From IMG/VR virus record IMGVR_UViG_3300045988_093233, positions 1-39,186 of that record: a stretch of DNA of 39,186 nucleotides. The stretch is one strand, 5' to 3'. The translations under genes and the position numbers were made by a program. Under the pieces are notes generated by a model, which ran no database searches, was not told the DNA's origin, and saw nothing but the letters and a program-made list of their open reading frames with translations. Positions 23,138 to 32,647 of this stretch are shown here, one piece after another. How positions within the stretch are numbered: position 1 is the stretch's first letter; each line of letters starts with the position of its first letter. The stretch comes from a virus.

Positions 23138-25216
23138 CTACCCCCTGTTCTTACTAAAATTGCCTACTGTGTAGGTCTTTGTTATCTTTAGAATCCCAAA
23201 CGGTTCATAAATCGTGTTGTTTTCAACCACAATCTGAAGCCGCTTGTACTTCTTTACTTTCTTATTGAAAAAATCGTCCTGCGCTGTTTCATTGCTGCTG
23301 AATGTGAATCGTTCAAAATCGACCGGATCCCATGAAAAAATATCAGCATAGAATATTCCAAGCTTGTTTTCTCTTTCTCCATCAGCAATCAGCGTGACCT
23401 CGGCTGATGTTCTATCATATGGCAACAACGTGAGCATAGTTCCTTTTTTATTTAGTGTCTTGAAATACTGCGGCATACCATCATCGTCTAGCGTGGTAGC
23501 CCATCTGCATGGAATAGCGACCCCGTCTGTGAGTATCTTTTCTCCTAATGTTGTTGTGCTCAACACCCCATCGTCGCAATACGCGGTCTTGTCTTGGATG
23601 TCTGTATTGAATTTACAAAGAACACCGTCTGCGGTACCAAACCACAACTCGTTTTCGTAAACATGGAAACAAGTCGCGGGTATGTTATCCCAATAGTAGC
23701 ACTCATACGAATAATTTGTTGTATTGTTTGTATCATTTGCCCTTTGCCGCCCATCTAGCACATACGCGTGATTATTGACAGCCAAAATGTAATACCGTTT
23801 CCACACGATAGCACAAGCCTGCTCTAGGTTCTTCTCCGCTATCAATTGTTTGTCAACGTAGTATGAGCGGTTTCTCAGTACGTTGTCAGTCGTTGCAAAC
23901 ACATTTGTGATTGCAAAGATTCCGTTCCGCGTGAGGAATAGCGGGTCGTCACCCAATGATGCAAATGTCTTTGGCGCGATACCGCCCTCTCCACCCATTG
24001 TCGGCTTGACAGCAAAAAACGTCTCTCCGTTTAACGTCTGTCCGTATGCCAAATATACAGTTGTCTCTGTGTTGGCATCACCTTTTACAACAGCTAGGTA
24101 CGATGAGTATGTGTGAAGCCCTACAATGTCATTGCCATCTTGACCGGCTACAAAGTAATTGTTGTCTGGCCAATAAGTAGGGTCCTTGATGCCTGTGTAG
24201 TAAACCCTGTTTTTATTCACGCCGCCTACAGCAAAAATTCTATCTGTTGTAGAATATCCGTAGGCTTTTGTGATAAAGGTCTTTAATAGGTCAACTCTTG
24301 CTTCTTTGTACTGACCTTTATGTATGACTGTCTCAACTCCGTTGATAGTCTCTTTGTGGTCTTCTTTTGCGTCAAAATTCTCAAATGTGATCTTGACGTT
24401 GTCTTGTCCTACAATAACCGGTGCATGCACAGCCTTAAACGTGATTTTAGGCGCGCATACAGTAAAGTCCACTGTGTTTCCAAGTACGTCTCTGCCCTTT
24501 AATACTTTTGTCTCACCAATAGTGTAGTCTGTGTCTTTCGCTTTGACCTCAAATTCTCCGTCAGCATTCATAACCTCGACTTTGATAGAATCGGCTACGA
24601 TGTACTTGTAAAAGTCGCTGTCAGCCAATTTCTGAGGCACAAGGGAATAATCTTTTGCTGAACTATTTCCTAAAAACGAGAATGTTCGTTTCGGCGTCAG
24701 AAGGTTGACGCCCTCAAGAGCCACCCCGCCTGTTCCGTCCGGATTTCTTGATATGGACGCATCCGGAATCTTTGCTGTCCCTGCGGCTATAACGTCCTCT
24801 GCAGCTAGGTCTTTGAATTTATACAGCTTCGCATTACAGAACGAATATACGGTATCGTCAAAAAGAAATAAGTCCGCGCGATCTAATTTATCGTATGAAA
24901 CTAACGTAACAATCGTTTCAACACCATTCTTATCATAAATCGCATAGATGCCCTTGGCTGCAATTACATACTTCACAGAACCGACTTTTTCTTTGTGCAG
25001 CATAATCTTTTCGATTTTCCCTGCGTTCGGAATTGTCGTGACTTTTCTCCATCCGGTACGTTTAATCGGATTCCCGCCGTTATCGGATATCAGATTGACC
25101 ATATCCGGACTTCTGCGCCTGTTTACTTCTGTACGGTCTCTCGAAAAATCAGCGCCTCTTAGATTTTCATAATATGTATGCTTGTATGACGGCTGTGCAG
25201 GTATTTTTAGTTTCAT
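23138..25216 (-). CDS. Large tail structural protein (692 aa)
   Basis: Size and position between the head-completion and fibre genes. ATG 25216 forms an ATGA overlap with the upstream stop. Confidence 0.45.
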   Translation of the reverse strand: MKLKIPAQPSYKHTYYENLRGADFSRDRTEVNRRRSPDMVNLISDNGGNPIKRTGWRKVTTIPNAGKIEKIMLHKEKVGSVKYVIAAKGIYAIYDKNGVETIVTLVSYDKLDRADLFLFDDTVYSFCNAKLYKFKDLAAEDVIAAGTAKIPDASISRNPDGTGGVALEGVNLLTPKRTFSFLGNSSAKDYSLVPQKLADSDFYKYIVADSIKVEVMNADGEFEVKAKDTDYTIGETKVLKGRDVLGNTVDFTVCAPKITFKAVHAPVIVGQDNVKITFENFDAKEDHKETINGVETVIHKGQYKEARVDLLKTFITKAYGYSTTDRIFAVGGVNKNRVYYTGIKDPTYWPDNNYFVAGQDGNDIVGLHTYSSYLAVVKGDANTETTVYLAYGQTLNGETFFAVKPTMGGEGGIAPKTFASLGDDPLFLTRNGIFAITNVFATTDNVLRNRSYYVDKQLIAEKNLEQACAIVWKRYYILAVNNHAYVLDGRQRANDTNNTTNYSYECYYWDNIPATCFHVYENELWFGTADGVLCKFNTDIQDKTAYCDDGVLSTTTLGEKILTDGVAIPCRWATTLDDDGMPQYFKTLNKKGTMLTLLPYDRTSAEVTLIADGERENKLGIFYADIFSWDPVDFERFTFSSNETAQDDFFNKKVKKYKRLQIVVENNTIYEPFGILKITKTYTVGNFSKNRG

Positions 25217-25632
25217 AATCTCAACCCCTGTCCGATGGTGATTCTCCTCGTCGAGTAACATGCTTGCTTGATCTGATTCATCAAATCGTCATACTCGTTG
25301 TAGTAATACGTCGCTTTTGTCAAATCATCGTCAAGCCATACATAATGCGATGCTAGAAGTTTGATTAAAGGCTGAACAATAATCGGTAACTGAATCTCGA
25401 AATCATCTTCTGTATCTTCCGTAATATCTGTTATCACCGGAAGCGTCCATTCTTTTTCATCGGTCGATAATTCTGCCTTGAAATACGCCTTTAATGGCAT
25501 GACTACCGTCGTATTGATTACACGGATTGCATGGTTCGTAGCGTTTCTCACAATAGACGCATACTCTTCCATTGCAGAATCGTCCTCAAAGCCAAGGTCT
25601 CGAATCTGTTTTTTTATTTCTCCCCACGTCAT
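25213..25632 (-). CDS. Head-tail joining/adaptor-position protein (139 aa)
   Basis: Called on gene order only. Confidence 0.35.
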   Translation of the reverse strand: MTWGEIKKQIRDLGFEDDSAMEEYASIVRNATNHAIRVINTTVVMPLKAYFKAELSTDEKEWTLPVITDITEDTEDDFEIQLPIIVQPLIKLLASHYVWLDDDLTKATYYYNEYDDLMNQIKQACYSTRRITIGQGLRL

Positions 25633-25679
25633 AGCTTTCTCCTAAAAAACAAAGGGGGCATTCCTGCCCCCCCACTAAG

Positions 25680-26033
25680 TTACGGCAACTCAATAACGGA
25701 CATAGACGCCTTTGTCGAGGACGGAACAATTAAGATGTAGTCCTTGTCCTCGCCGGATACGTTCTTGTATCTGCCATCGTCCAGTCTGATTGCCGCTGTC
25801 TTTCCTGCAGCAACCGAGAATGCGTCAAGGTCTTTTACTCCTTGAATGCCGTTTCCCTGTTTAACAGTAACAGTAACGGCAGCAGAAGCGTCCGTATTCT
25901 GCACTAAAACAACTCTTTTCCAGTCACCGTTTACTGCAGGCACTTGAAAACCATCGGTCGTACCGGCTGTAAAGGTTAAAGTTCCCCATTCGTTAAGGGT
26001 TAATTTGTCAGATGTGATTTTTGTTTTTGCCAT
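25680..26033 (-). CDS. Small beta-rich virion protein downstream of the capsid gene (117 aa)
   Basis: Called on gene order; strong RBS. Confidence 0.45.
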   Translation of the reverse strand: MAKTKITSDKLTLNEWGTLTFTAGTTDGFQVPAVNGDWKRVVLVQNTDASAAVTVTVKQGNGIQGVKDLDAFSVAAGKTAAIRLDDGRYKNVSGEDKDYILIVPSSTKASMSVIELP

Positions 26034-26045
26034 TGTCTATACCTC

Positions 26046-26873
26046 CTATACCCACTTGCCTACGATCAGTTCTTTCGGTCTTGCGATGATTCCATCATAC
26101 AAAATGAATCCCTTAACTGCATCAGAGAAGAGTTCCTGCGGTCTGTACGGCTCGATGTGCGTCATCGGATTTACAAAAGCAATCGCTCTGTTGGTCTTCA
26201 GCTGTACCATGTAGTTTCCGGAAGAATCTTTCGCGCAGTTGTTGGATTCCTTGATCGTGATACCGTTGTATCTTCCTACAACGCCGTTTTTCAGCATTGC
26301 GGAGTTATCGGTATCAAGGTGTACATACGCCTGCTTCAAAAGCATTACATGCTTCGGCGGAAGCGTCAGGGTGATGTTTGAATTTCTCTTGACATCGTTC
26401 TCCAGTAATTTAACAAGCATACTGTCGATTGTTTCAAGGATGTTTTCCTTTGTGATAGTCGTTGCAGCAGAGTTGAATACTACAGCCTGTTTATTTAAGG
26501 ACATATTTGCGATGAACTTATCCATCTCATTTGCGAGCCCTTCCGATGTTTCTTTGGACAATGCTTCCATAACACCACCTACAGCCTGTCTCTTGTCGAT
26601 ATCATCAACTCTGTAGTTGAAGTATGCAACCTGGTTGATATTCAGAGTGATGGACTGGTCAGCAACTTCTTCTGCTTCGCCAAGTTTAATCTTCTTACCA
26701 ATCTGCGTTGTGATCGTCGGCTTGCCTACACCAAGGATTCTTACGGAGTCGCCTTTTTGCTTTACGTCTCCCTCGTACTGTCTGTTTGTATCGTCTACAA
26801 AAACGGTGTCTCTTTCTAACTCTCTGTTAATGGATTCCGCCCATACGGTCGGAATAAAATTCTGATATGCCAT
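26046..26873 (-). CDS. Major capsid protein (P22-coat-like family)
   Basis: MAYQNFIPTVWAESINRELERDTVF...GDSVRI N-terminus is typical of P22-coat-like capsid proteins. The gene follows the scaffold. Confidence 0.7.
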   Translation of the reverse strand: MAYQNFIPTVWAESINRELERDTVFVDDTNRQYEGDVKQKGDSVRILGVGKPTITTQIGKKIKLGEAEEVADQSITLNINQVAYFNYRVDDIDKRQAVGGVMEALSKETSEGLANEMDKFIANMSLNKQAVVFNSAATTITKENILETIDSMLVKLLENDVKRNSNITLTLPPKHVMLLKQAYVHLDTDNSAMLKNGVVGRYNGITIKESNNCAKDSSGNYMVQLKTNRAIAFVNPMTHIEPYRPQELFSDAVKGFILYDGIIARPKELIVGKWV

Positions 26874-26887
26874 TTGTTATTTCTCCT

Positions 26888-27595
26888 TTACCATTTGCTC
26901 ATTGATTCGCGGATTTTGTCATAATTCGCTTTCACTTCCGCAGGAGACATCGCTTCAACTTCCTCACGCGTGTAATAATCGCTTTGAGGCTTGTCGGCTG
27001 TTGAGACGTTCCCAATGATGGGAGGTTTCTTGGGCGTTGTGTTGCCCTTGTATGCCATCATCATTTGAAATGCCTGCTCTGCGCCCATCTCGCCCATTGG
27101 ATTGAATCGGAACGCTAAATATTCCGGTCCTAACTCGTCAATGGACTTGACTTCTGGGTGTGATTTCTGAATCTCGGCTAAATCCGCATCCATTTGTGCT
27201 TGAGCCTGCTGCTCTAATAGCTGCTGCTCTAAATTTGCGTTTCTGTTTTGGAGTTCAGCAAGCTGCTCATGCATCTGCTGCTCTGCTCGGACTTCTTCAA
27301 GCGGTCTTTGCGTTGCGTAAGCCTGCGCCTGCAGCGACTTATCCTCACCATCAAAAAACAGCCCTAAAGCATCTTCATACTCTTTGGACTGTCTCTGTGC
27401 TTCGGCTAATTGCCGCGCAAGCTCTTCGTTGTGTCTGCGCATCTGTGCAAACGCTGCATCCTGCTCTGTTCTGACCGGTTCGGCGACTTCCGGCTCTTCT
27501 TCGCCTAAAGTTTCCACTTCGTTGTCCGGTTCGGCGACTTCCGGCTCTTCTACGCCTGATCCCTCTTCTTGAGAGACTAAAGTTTCAAATTCCAT
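26888..27595 (-). CDS. Scaffolding protein
   Basis: Very acidic, Q/E/A-rich predicted coiled coil between portal and capsid. Duplicated EEPEVAEP at the N-terminus. Confidence 0.65.
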   Translation of the reverse strand: MEFETLVSQEEGSGVEEPEVAEPDNEVETLGEEEPEVAEPVRTEQDAAFAQMRRHNEELARQLAEAQRQSKEYEDALGLFFDGEDKSLQAQAYATQRPLEEVRAEQQMHEQLAELQNRNANLEQQLLEQQAQAQMDADLAEIQKSHPEVKSIDELGPEYLAFRFNPMGEMGAEQAFQMMMAYKGNTTPKKPPIIGNVSTADKPQSDYYTREEVEAMSPAEVKANYDKIRESMSKW

Positions 27596-27616
27596 ACTAT
27601 TTCTCCTTTTTGAATA

Positions 27617-29287
27617 TTAAAAAACAGCCTGTTGGGCTGCTTCTTGACTGAATAATTGTTGTTGTACGAGTGCGATCGCGTCCTCTTGCGGAATTCCTTG
27701 AGACATTAAGTCTAGCACTTGTCTTGCGAAGTTTTCTCCGCTTTGTGCTTGCTGTTTCTGCATCATCGCTTCGCGCTTTGCAAGCATTGACCTTAATTGC
27801 CCTTTAGGGACCGGGCCATTGTCCGGCGCGAGGTCTGCATATTCCTGCAAAGATAACTGCTGACGGTCAAACATGTTGTCAAGCCACTGCTGATTAGAAA
27901 GCTTCGTCCACTGGTTATCCTGTGAAACGTCAATCCTAACCGTAGGCTTCAGATCTTGCAACTGCTGTTGGTCGATTAAAGTCTGCACTTCTTCGCCCAT
28001 ATCGTTTGTAGAGGTCACTTCGATTCCCTCCGGATGGTAGGCAACCCACATATCAAACCATAAGAGCGCCACATCTTCAACAAACTGTTTATACCTAGCA
28101 ACATTTTCGTTTAATGTTACCTGTGCGCTGTCTCTGACTGCGATAATCGCTTGCCCTGATGCCTGTTCCGGATTGACATTACCCATAGCGTAATCACTGG
28201 CACCGGCAAGATCTTTTGTGATTTGCAATAAATCGTTTTGCAGACTATTCGCATCGCTTGATATGTTTGTTGCGTTGAGGTAGGAAACTTGTTGGGAAAC
28301 AGACTGTGCACCGCCGCCGCTGACCTCAATCGGCTTTCCAACTGTGTCTAAGTCCTCCGGATTCTGAACGGTCGAAGAATCATAGGCAATTCTAGGGAAC
28401 GCACAAAGCTTGACTGTGATTGCGCGTCTTGCAGCTGTTTTATTTAACTCCAGTTGGTTTGGAATCAGTTGAGCGACTTCCGAAACACCTCTAGCGTCAT
28501 AAGGAATCGGTCTCCAGATCATTGAACAAATCGGGTACGAATGCAGTCCGGTAACGTCTCCTTGGATTGCATGCATCGGTTCGTAAATGCACTGTGCAGT
28601 AGAACGTGCGACTTTTACAATCCCGTTCTCTTTTGTCATGTAAAGAAGCGATGTGACCTTATTGGAAACCTCATAGTTATTCAATATAACACCATCGTTT
28701 GCATTTGAATTGTCGTCTCCTACAATCAGTTCGATGTCTTTTTTCGGAATACCGTTATCCTTTGCAATTTTTCTGACAGCCTCAACCTCTAATCTCTCAC
28801 GAATGATGATAAACGGCTGCTCTTGAAGATCTGTTATATTCTCATCTCCAAGCAAGATCGACGTGTTCGGCAGAATCTTCGGCGGCATATCGGTTCTGTC
28901 ACTTCCCCAATACGCATATGCGTCTCCTTGAATTGCTGCTGCATTGATTAAATCCCACGTTTTGGAATCCATTTTGGACTTTTCCCAGTTCTTTGCGAAG
29001 TTTTGGTTCAGAAGTTCGTATATCGGCTGTAAATCGCCTCTGTTCTCAATATCAGAGTATTTAGCCGTCATGGAGTTCTGCGAAACGACAGCAACCTTGT
29101 ACTGAACAATCGGCAGGATAAAATTGAAAATCGGAAGCTCTTCACCTCCGGTATTACATCCGACCCACTGATTGCCAATATAGAAGTTCCAGTTTCGCTC
29201 TGTTTTCTTGACAAGACCTTTTTTATCAAGATAATCTTTGCATTTTTGGTACTTTTGCCATATTTTGGTGTAAACTTTATCTTGCAT
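27617..29287 (-). CDS. Portal protein
   Basis: 556 aa, lying between the terminase and the scaffold. Confidence 0.7.
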   Translation of the reverse strand: MQDKVYTKIWQKYQKCKDYLDKKGLVKKTERNWNFYIGNQWVGCNTGGEELPIFNFILPIVQYKVAVVSQNSMTAKYSDIENRGDLQPIYELLNQNFAKNWEKSKMDSKTWDLINAAAIQGDAYAYWGSDRTDMPPKILPNTSILLGDENITDLQEQPFIIIRERLEVEAVRKIAKDNGIPKKDIELIVGDDNSNANDGVILNNYEVSNKVTSLLYMTKENGIVKVARSTAQCIYEPMHAIQGDVTGLHSYPICSMIWRPIPYDARGVSEVAQLIPNQLELNKTAARRAITVKLCAFPRIAYDSSTVQNPEDLDTVGKPIEVSGGGAQSVSQQVSYLNATNISSDANSLQNDLLQITKDLAGASDYAMGNVNPEQASGQAIIAVRDSAQVTLNENVARYKQFVEDVALLWFDMWVAYHPEGIEVTSTNDMGEEVQTLIDQQQLQDLKPTVRIDVSQDNQWTKLSNQQWLDNMFDRQQLSLQEYADLAPDNGPVPKGQLRSMLAKREAMMQKQQAQSGENFARQVLDLMSQGIPQEDAIALVQQQLFSQEAAQQAVF

Positions 29288-29539
29288 TTATAACTCCTTT
29301 TGCCCTTTGGAAGAACCGTCGTAATTATTTACATTTTCATACAGTGTGCTGTAATATTTCCTCTTTTTTTCTGCTTCTTTGTTCTCTTTTGCCTTTTTAA
29401 TCTTCTGTTTTGGCGTTTCCAGCTTGATTTCCGGCTTGTTTGTCTCTCTTGCACCGATGTTATAGCCCTTTATAAAGCAAAAGACGCTCAAAATCGGCGT
29501 CAGTACGGCTAAAATTAGAATTGTAATGTCAGATAACAT
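29288..29539 (-). CDS. Small membrane protein between TerL and portal (83 aa)
   Basis: N-terminal TM (ITILILAVLTPILSVFCFI) and a Lys-rich tail. It abuts the portal start and overlaps the TerL end. Confidence 0.45.
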   Translation of the reverse strand: MLSDITILILAVLTPILSVFCFIKGYNIGARETNKPEIKLETPKQKIKKAKENKEAEKKRKYYSTLYENVNNYDGSSKGQKEL

Positions 29540-30986
29540 GAATTTTGTCTCCTTTGTCGAATCTTTTCCCTTTTTTACGCTTTAGTCCAGGGAAATTTCG
29601 CTCTAAAAACGATTCTTCTTTAATTTTTATCACTTTTGCGTCAGAGTAAATGAATTTATTTAGAATCTGCGACATGCAGTCTACTTGGTCGTCGTTCTTT
29701 CCGTTCGGAAACGCCGCGCATTCATCGACAAAGTCTCCGGTAAATGGTTTATTCTTCGGCAAAAAGCAGTTTCCGCTCTCAATCGTACCAATTACGGCAT
29801 TGACACGAGAAACTTTTCCGCCGTCCGGATTGACTGCGATTATCCCGCCCATATGCGTCCTCAAATGCTTCACAATCGCAGAACCATTTGCCTTGTCCTC
29901 GATGTAGGTTGTCTTGCACATAGGATACATGCCCCTCAACCTTGTAATCTCTCGTATCGTGGACGGCATATCAAGGTGTTTTTTCACTGCGTCAATCAAG
30001 TAAAGGTCAGCATTTGTCTTTCCCCACACTTGAATTGCCACAAAGTCGTTGTCGTCTCCGTCTTTGAACGCCGCATCAACGCTCATCGCCATTTTTTCAA
30101 TATGGGGTAAGGTCTCGTAATACTGCCACCACTCACGCTTGATTATGTTGCCCTCAAGCCCTGTTGGATGCCCTTGGAATAATGCGTTCCATGACCTTGA
30201 ACCACCTAAACTGGTATATGACTTCTTGAAGTCGGCAAGCCAAACATTGTCCTTTCCAATCTCCGGACACAAAGCATCTCCGACTTTTCTGCCTAAAATA
30301 TCATCCGGTTCTGCTTCTAAGGGGATATTGACTACTTTGACGTTTTTCTCTGTCTCAATCAGTCTTCCGGCAAGGTCATCCTCATGCCAGCGCGTCATAA
30401 TCAAAATGATTTTCGCACCGGCAGCTAGTCTTGTCTTATAGGATGAAAGCCATTCATCAAATACTCGATTACGATAACTTTCGGAATCCGCCTCTTGCTG
30501 TGTCTTTACTGGGTCATCGATAATCATGAGGTCGCATCGCCGACCAGTTACACCGGACAAAAGTCCTCTGCTTACCATGCCGCCTCTATGACCTTCAAGT
30601 TCAAACTCTGTCGCATTGGCAGGTGAACCGATTTTCACTCCGAAAACCTCACCGCCGAATTCTTTTATCTTCTGCAAATTGCGTCTGCCGAATTTCTGTG
30701 CAAAATCTTCAGAGTAGGAAATCTCAATCACCGACTTCTCGGGGTTTCTACCAAGATACCAGCTTGGCAGCGTCTCCGTCACTGTTACGGACTTCCCATG
30801 CTGCGGGGGTGTAGACAAAATTAAGATGTCATACGCATGCCCGGTGTCCTCTTCCAAAAAATCTTGCACCGTATCGCACAAAAAACGGTGGAATTTGCTC
30901 ACTTTATAGCCGTTATTGGTGTGTTTTACATACGCGCAGTAATCCGTCCTTAAAACGTCTCTATAGAGCCTTAAAACATCATTCAT
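29529..30986 (-). CDS. terL: Terminase large subunit
   Basis: Walker A-like LSTPPQHGKS, Walker B CDLMIIDDP, MTRWHEDDLAGRL, and a C-terminal nuclease-like ...NDDQVDC. Confidence 0.9.
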   Translation of the reverse strand: MNDVLRLYRDVLRTDYCAYVKHTNNGYKVSKFHRFLCDTVQDFLEEDTGHAYDILILSTPPQHGKSVTVTETLPSWYLGRNPEKSVIEISYSEDFAQKFGRRNLQKIKEFGGEVFGVKIGSPANATEFELEGHRGGMVSRGLLSGVTGRRCDLMIIDDPVKTQQEADSESYRNRVFDEWLSSYKTRLAAGAKIILIMTRWHEDDLAGRLIETEKNVKVVNIPLEAEPDDILGRKVGDALCPEIGKDNVWLADFKKSYTSLGGSRSWNALFQGHPTGLEGNIIKREWWQYYETLPHIEKMAMSVDAAFKDGDDNDFVAIQVWGKTNADLYLIDAVKKHLDMPSTIREITRLRGMYPMCKTTYIEDKANGSAIVKHLRTHMGGIIAVNPDGGKVSRVNAVIGTIESGNCFLPKNKPFTGDFVDECAAFPNGKNDDQVDCMSQILNKFIYSDAKVIKIKEESFLERNFPGLKRKKGKRFDKGDKIHVI

Positions 30987-31689
30987 TTTTCGCCTCTAAT
31001 AGTCTTGGTCTTGAATATCCGAGTTCCTCAAGGTTCTTCTTCGCCTCATCAACACTGGATGTGTCCTCAACCTTTACCACCCTGTCTTCTCGCTTATCCG
31101 CCCAATCGCATAAATTCTTTAAGGTGAATATCGCACTGGATGTGTTATAGGCGCCAACTAGAGCCCCGTCACTTAACAGATCTCCTAGCATAGATTTATA
31201 TTCGCTCTCCTGCGATGGGCTCATATTCGCTAGGTGGTCCCGCATGGACCTCCTAGAAATGCCCAGCCACATCGCTAGGTTTGTAACGTTCGGCACAATC
31301 GGCATTACGCCTGTTTCTCCGTCCGGTCTCTTAAACTCTTTCACGAAATTGTGCTTTCGGATATATGCACAAAATCCCTCGAACGCAGTCAATATCTCGT
31401 CGCAGCTTTCAAATATCTTTTTTTGAAGCGGTTCTAAATTATCCCTCATAGAGTAAATATAGCCCCACATCGCTTTCGCTTCTTTCGTGAGGTCTTTATC
31501 CTCTAGGTTTAATGGGTTCGGTCTAGCTTGATCATACTGCTTATAAAGCTGGTCTGCTCTACGAATCGCTTTCTTCGCATACGCTGCCTTGTTCTTCTCT
31601 TTGATCTGCGGTCTTACATGCGGAACAAACGGTTGAACAACCAGTTCATCGTTCCTTGGTCTGCCCCTCTTTCTCTTTTCATCAGCCAT
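30979..31689 (-). CDS. terS: Terminase small subunit
   Basis: Basic N-terminus KRKRGRPR. HTH-like NVTNLAMWLGISRRSMRDHL and C-terminal AIFTLKNLCDWADK pattern. Immediately upstream of TerL with an 8-nt overlap. ATG 31689 has a GAGGTG RBS. Confidence 0.75.
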   Translation of the reverse strand: MADEKRKRGRPRNDELVVQPFVPHVRPQIKEKNKAAYAKKAIRRADQLYKQYDQARPNPLNLEDKDLTKEAKAMWGYIYSMRDNLEPLQKKIFESCDEILTAFEGFCAYIRKHNFVKEFKRPDGETGVMPIVPNVTNLAMWLGISRRSMRDHLANMSPSQESEYKSMLGDLLSDGALVGAYNTSSAIFTLKNLCDWADKREDRVVKVEDTSSVDEAKKNLEELGYSRPRLLEAKNE

Positions 31690-32214
31690 TTTGCACCTCT
31701 TTTCAGTCATTTTGTATATTTATGCACAATTTTCGGATACTTGCCCGAGGAATCGTGATACTTTTATTCGTTTTCGTGTATAATTCTATTATTTTTTCGG
31801 TACTTACACTGCTTTTGACTAGTGGGGTCGCTACGATGTTGGTGTGAGGTGTAAGTACTCTGTATAGGGGACACGCTCGCGCGAGTGGGGTCATTTACGA
31901 TTCACCCCCATCGGGCACCCTGCCGCACCCCCTGCCCTACTATATGTAGTGGTCGAGGGGCAAAACAAGCGGCGGGAAAGAATAAGGGTATTTCTTCCAC
32001 CTCCTACGATTATTGAATTTTCAACGATTGCTGGCATAATGTAAAATGTTGTAACTATTCCGATAACTATGATTTAGGGAATAGTTGAGAAGAAATGAAG
32101 ATGTGCCAGTGATACATGGAAAGCGTGTGCCAGTCGGCTTTTTGGGCGGGAAGCATCTATACGAGCCCGGTCCATCCCCGTATTCAACCGAAATTGCGCT
32201 ACATTTATACGCAC

Positions 32215-32243
32215 GAAAAAAGACAGCCTGTATAGAGCTGTCT
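32215..32243 (-). terminator. Rho-independent terminator of the tRNA-containing transcript
   Basis: Minus strand reads AGACAGC-tctatacag-GCTGTCT followed by TTTTTT. There is no T-run on the plus strand. Confidence 0.75.
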
Positions 32244-32641
32244 GTGTAAATATAGTTTTGGTTTACTGTTTAGGGGTGTTCCTGTATAGTTTCCCCCGAT
32301 TCCGGCGCCGTCATATGCATCTGGCCGGCGTTCCTATATATGCCCTATGTCGCGTCTATATTGGTCGGGAATGCAGGATTCGAACCTGCTAAGCTATAAG
32401 CGTCAGATTTACAGTCTGATGTGCATCTCCCGCTGCACCGATTCCCGATATCTACGCGCGGCTGCGTGGATCCGGTAACGCGTCCTGCGCTCCGGGGTTG
32501 TTTGTTGCGGCCGTCATTCCCCCGATCGGTGACGCTGCGCTGTTCTATGTCATCCGCCCGCCTAGGGGGCGGCAATAACCGTTGCCCCCATTGCGGGGGC
32601 GTTGAAAGGAGGTCAAAAAACAATGAAAAACCTGTTTTCCC
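32244..32641 (-). ncRNA. GC-rich structured transcript (~190-nt leader, tRNA-Tyr, ~115-nt trailer)
   Basis: Bounded by an extended -10 promoter and a terminator. No credible ORF or RBS. Many G5/C5 runs form overlapping hairpins. Composition contrasts strongly with the rest of the genome. Confidence 0.45.
32362..32447 (-). tRNA. tRNA-Tyr: tRNA-Tyr (anticodon GTA), type II with long variable arm, encoded CCA
   Basis: Hand fold: acceptor CGGGAAT/ATTCCCG; D-stem GTGC/GCAC; anticodon arm TCAGA-CTGTAAA-TCTGA; 13-nt variable arm; T-arm GCAGG-TTCGAAT-CCTGC; A73; CCA. Total 86 nt. Confidence 0.85.
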
Positions 32642-32647
32642 ACTACT

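Noticed and set aside
31703-31894. 63-aa minus-strand ORF upstream of terS.
   Set aside because: It has no RBS, overlaps the terS start and spans the inverted-repeat/repeat region, which is better explained as regulatory or packaging DNA.
32448-32641. Retron msr/msd or DGR template repeat as an explanation for the GC-rich structured segment.
   Set aside because: No reverse transcriptase gene exists in the genome. I also found no second near-identical copy (variable repeat).
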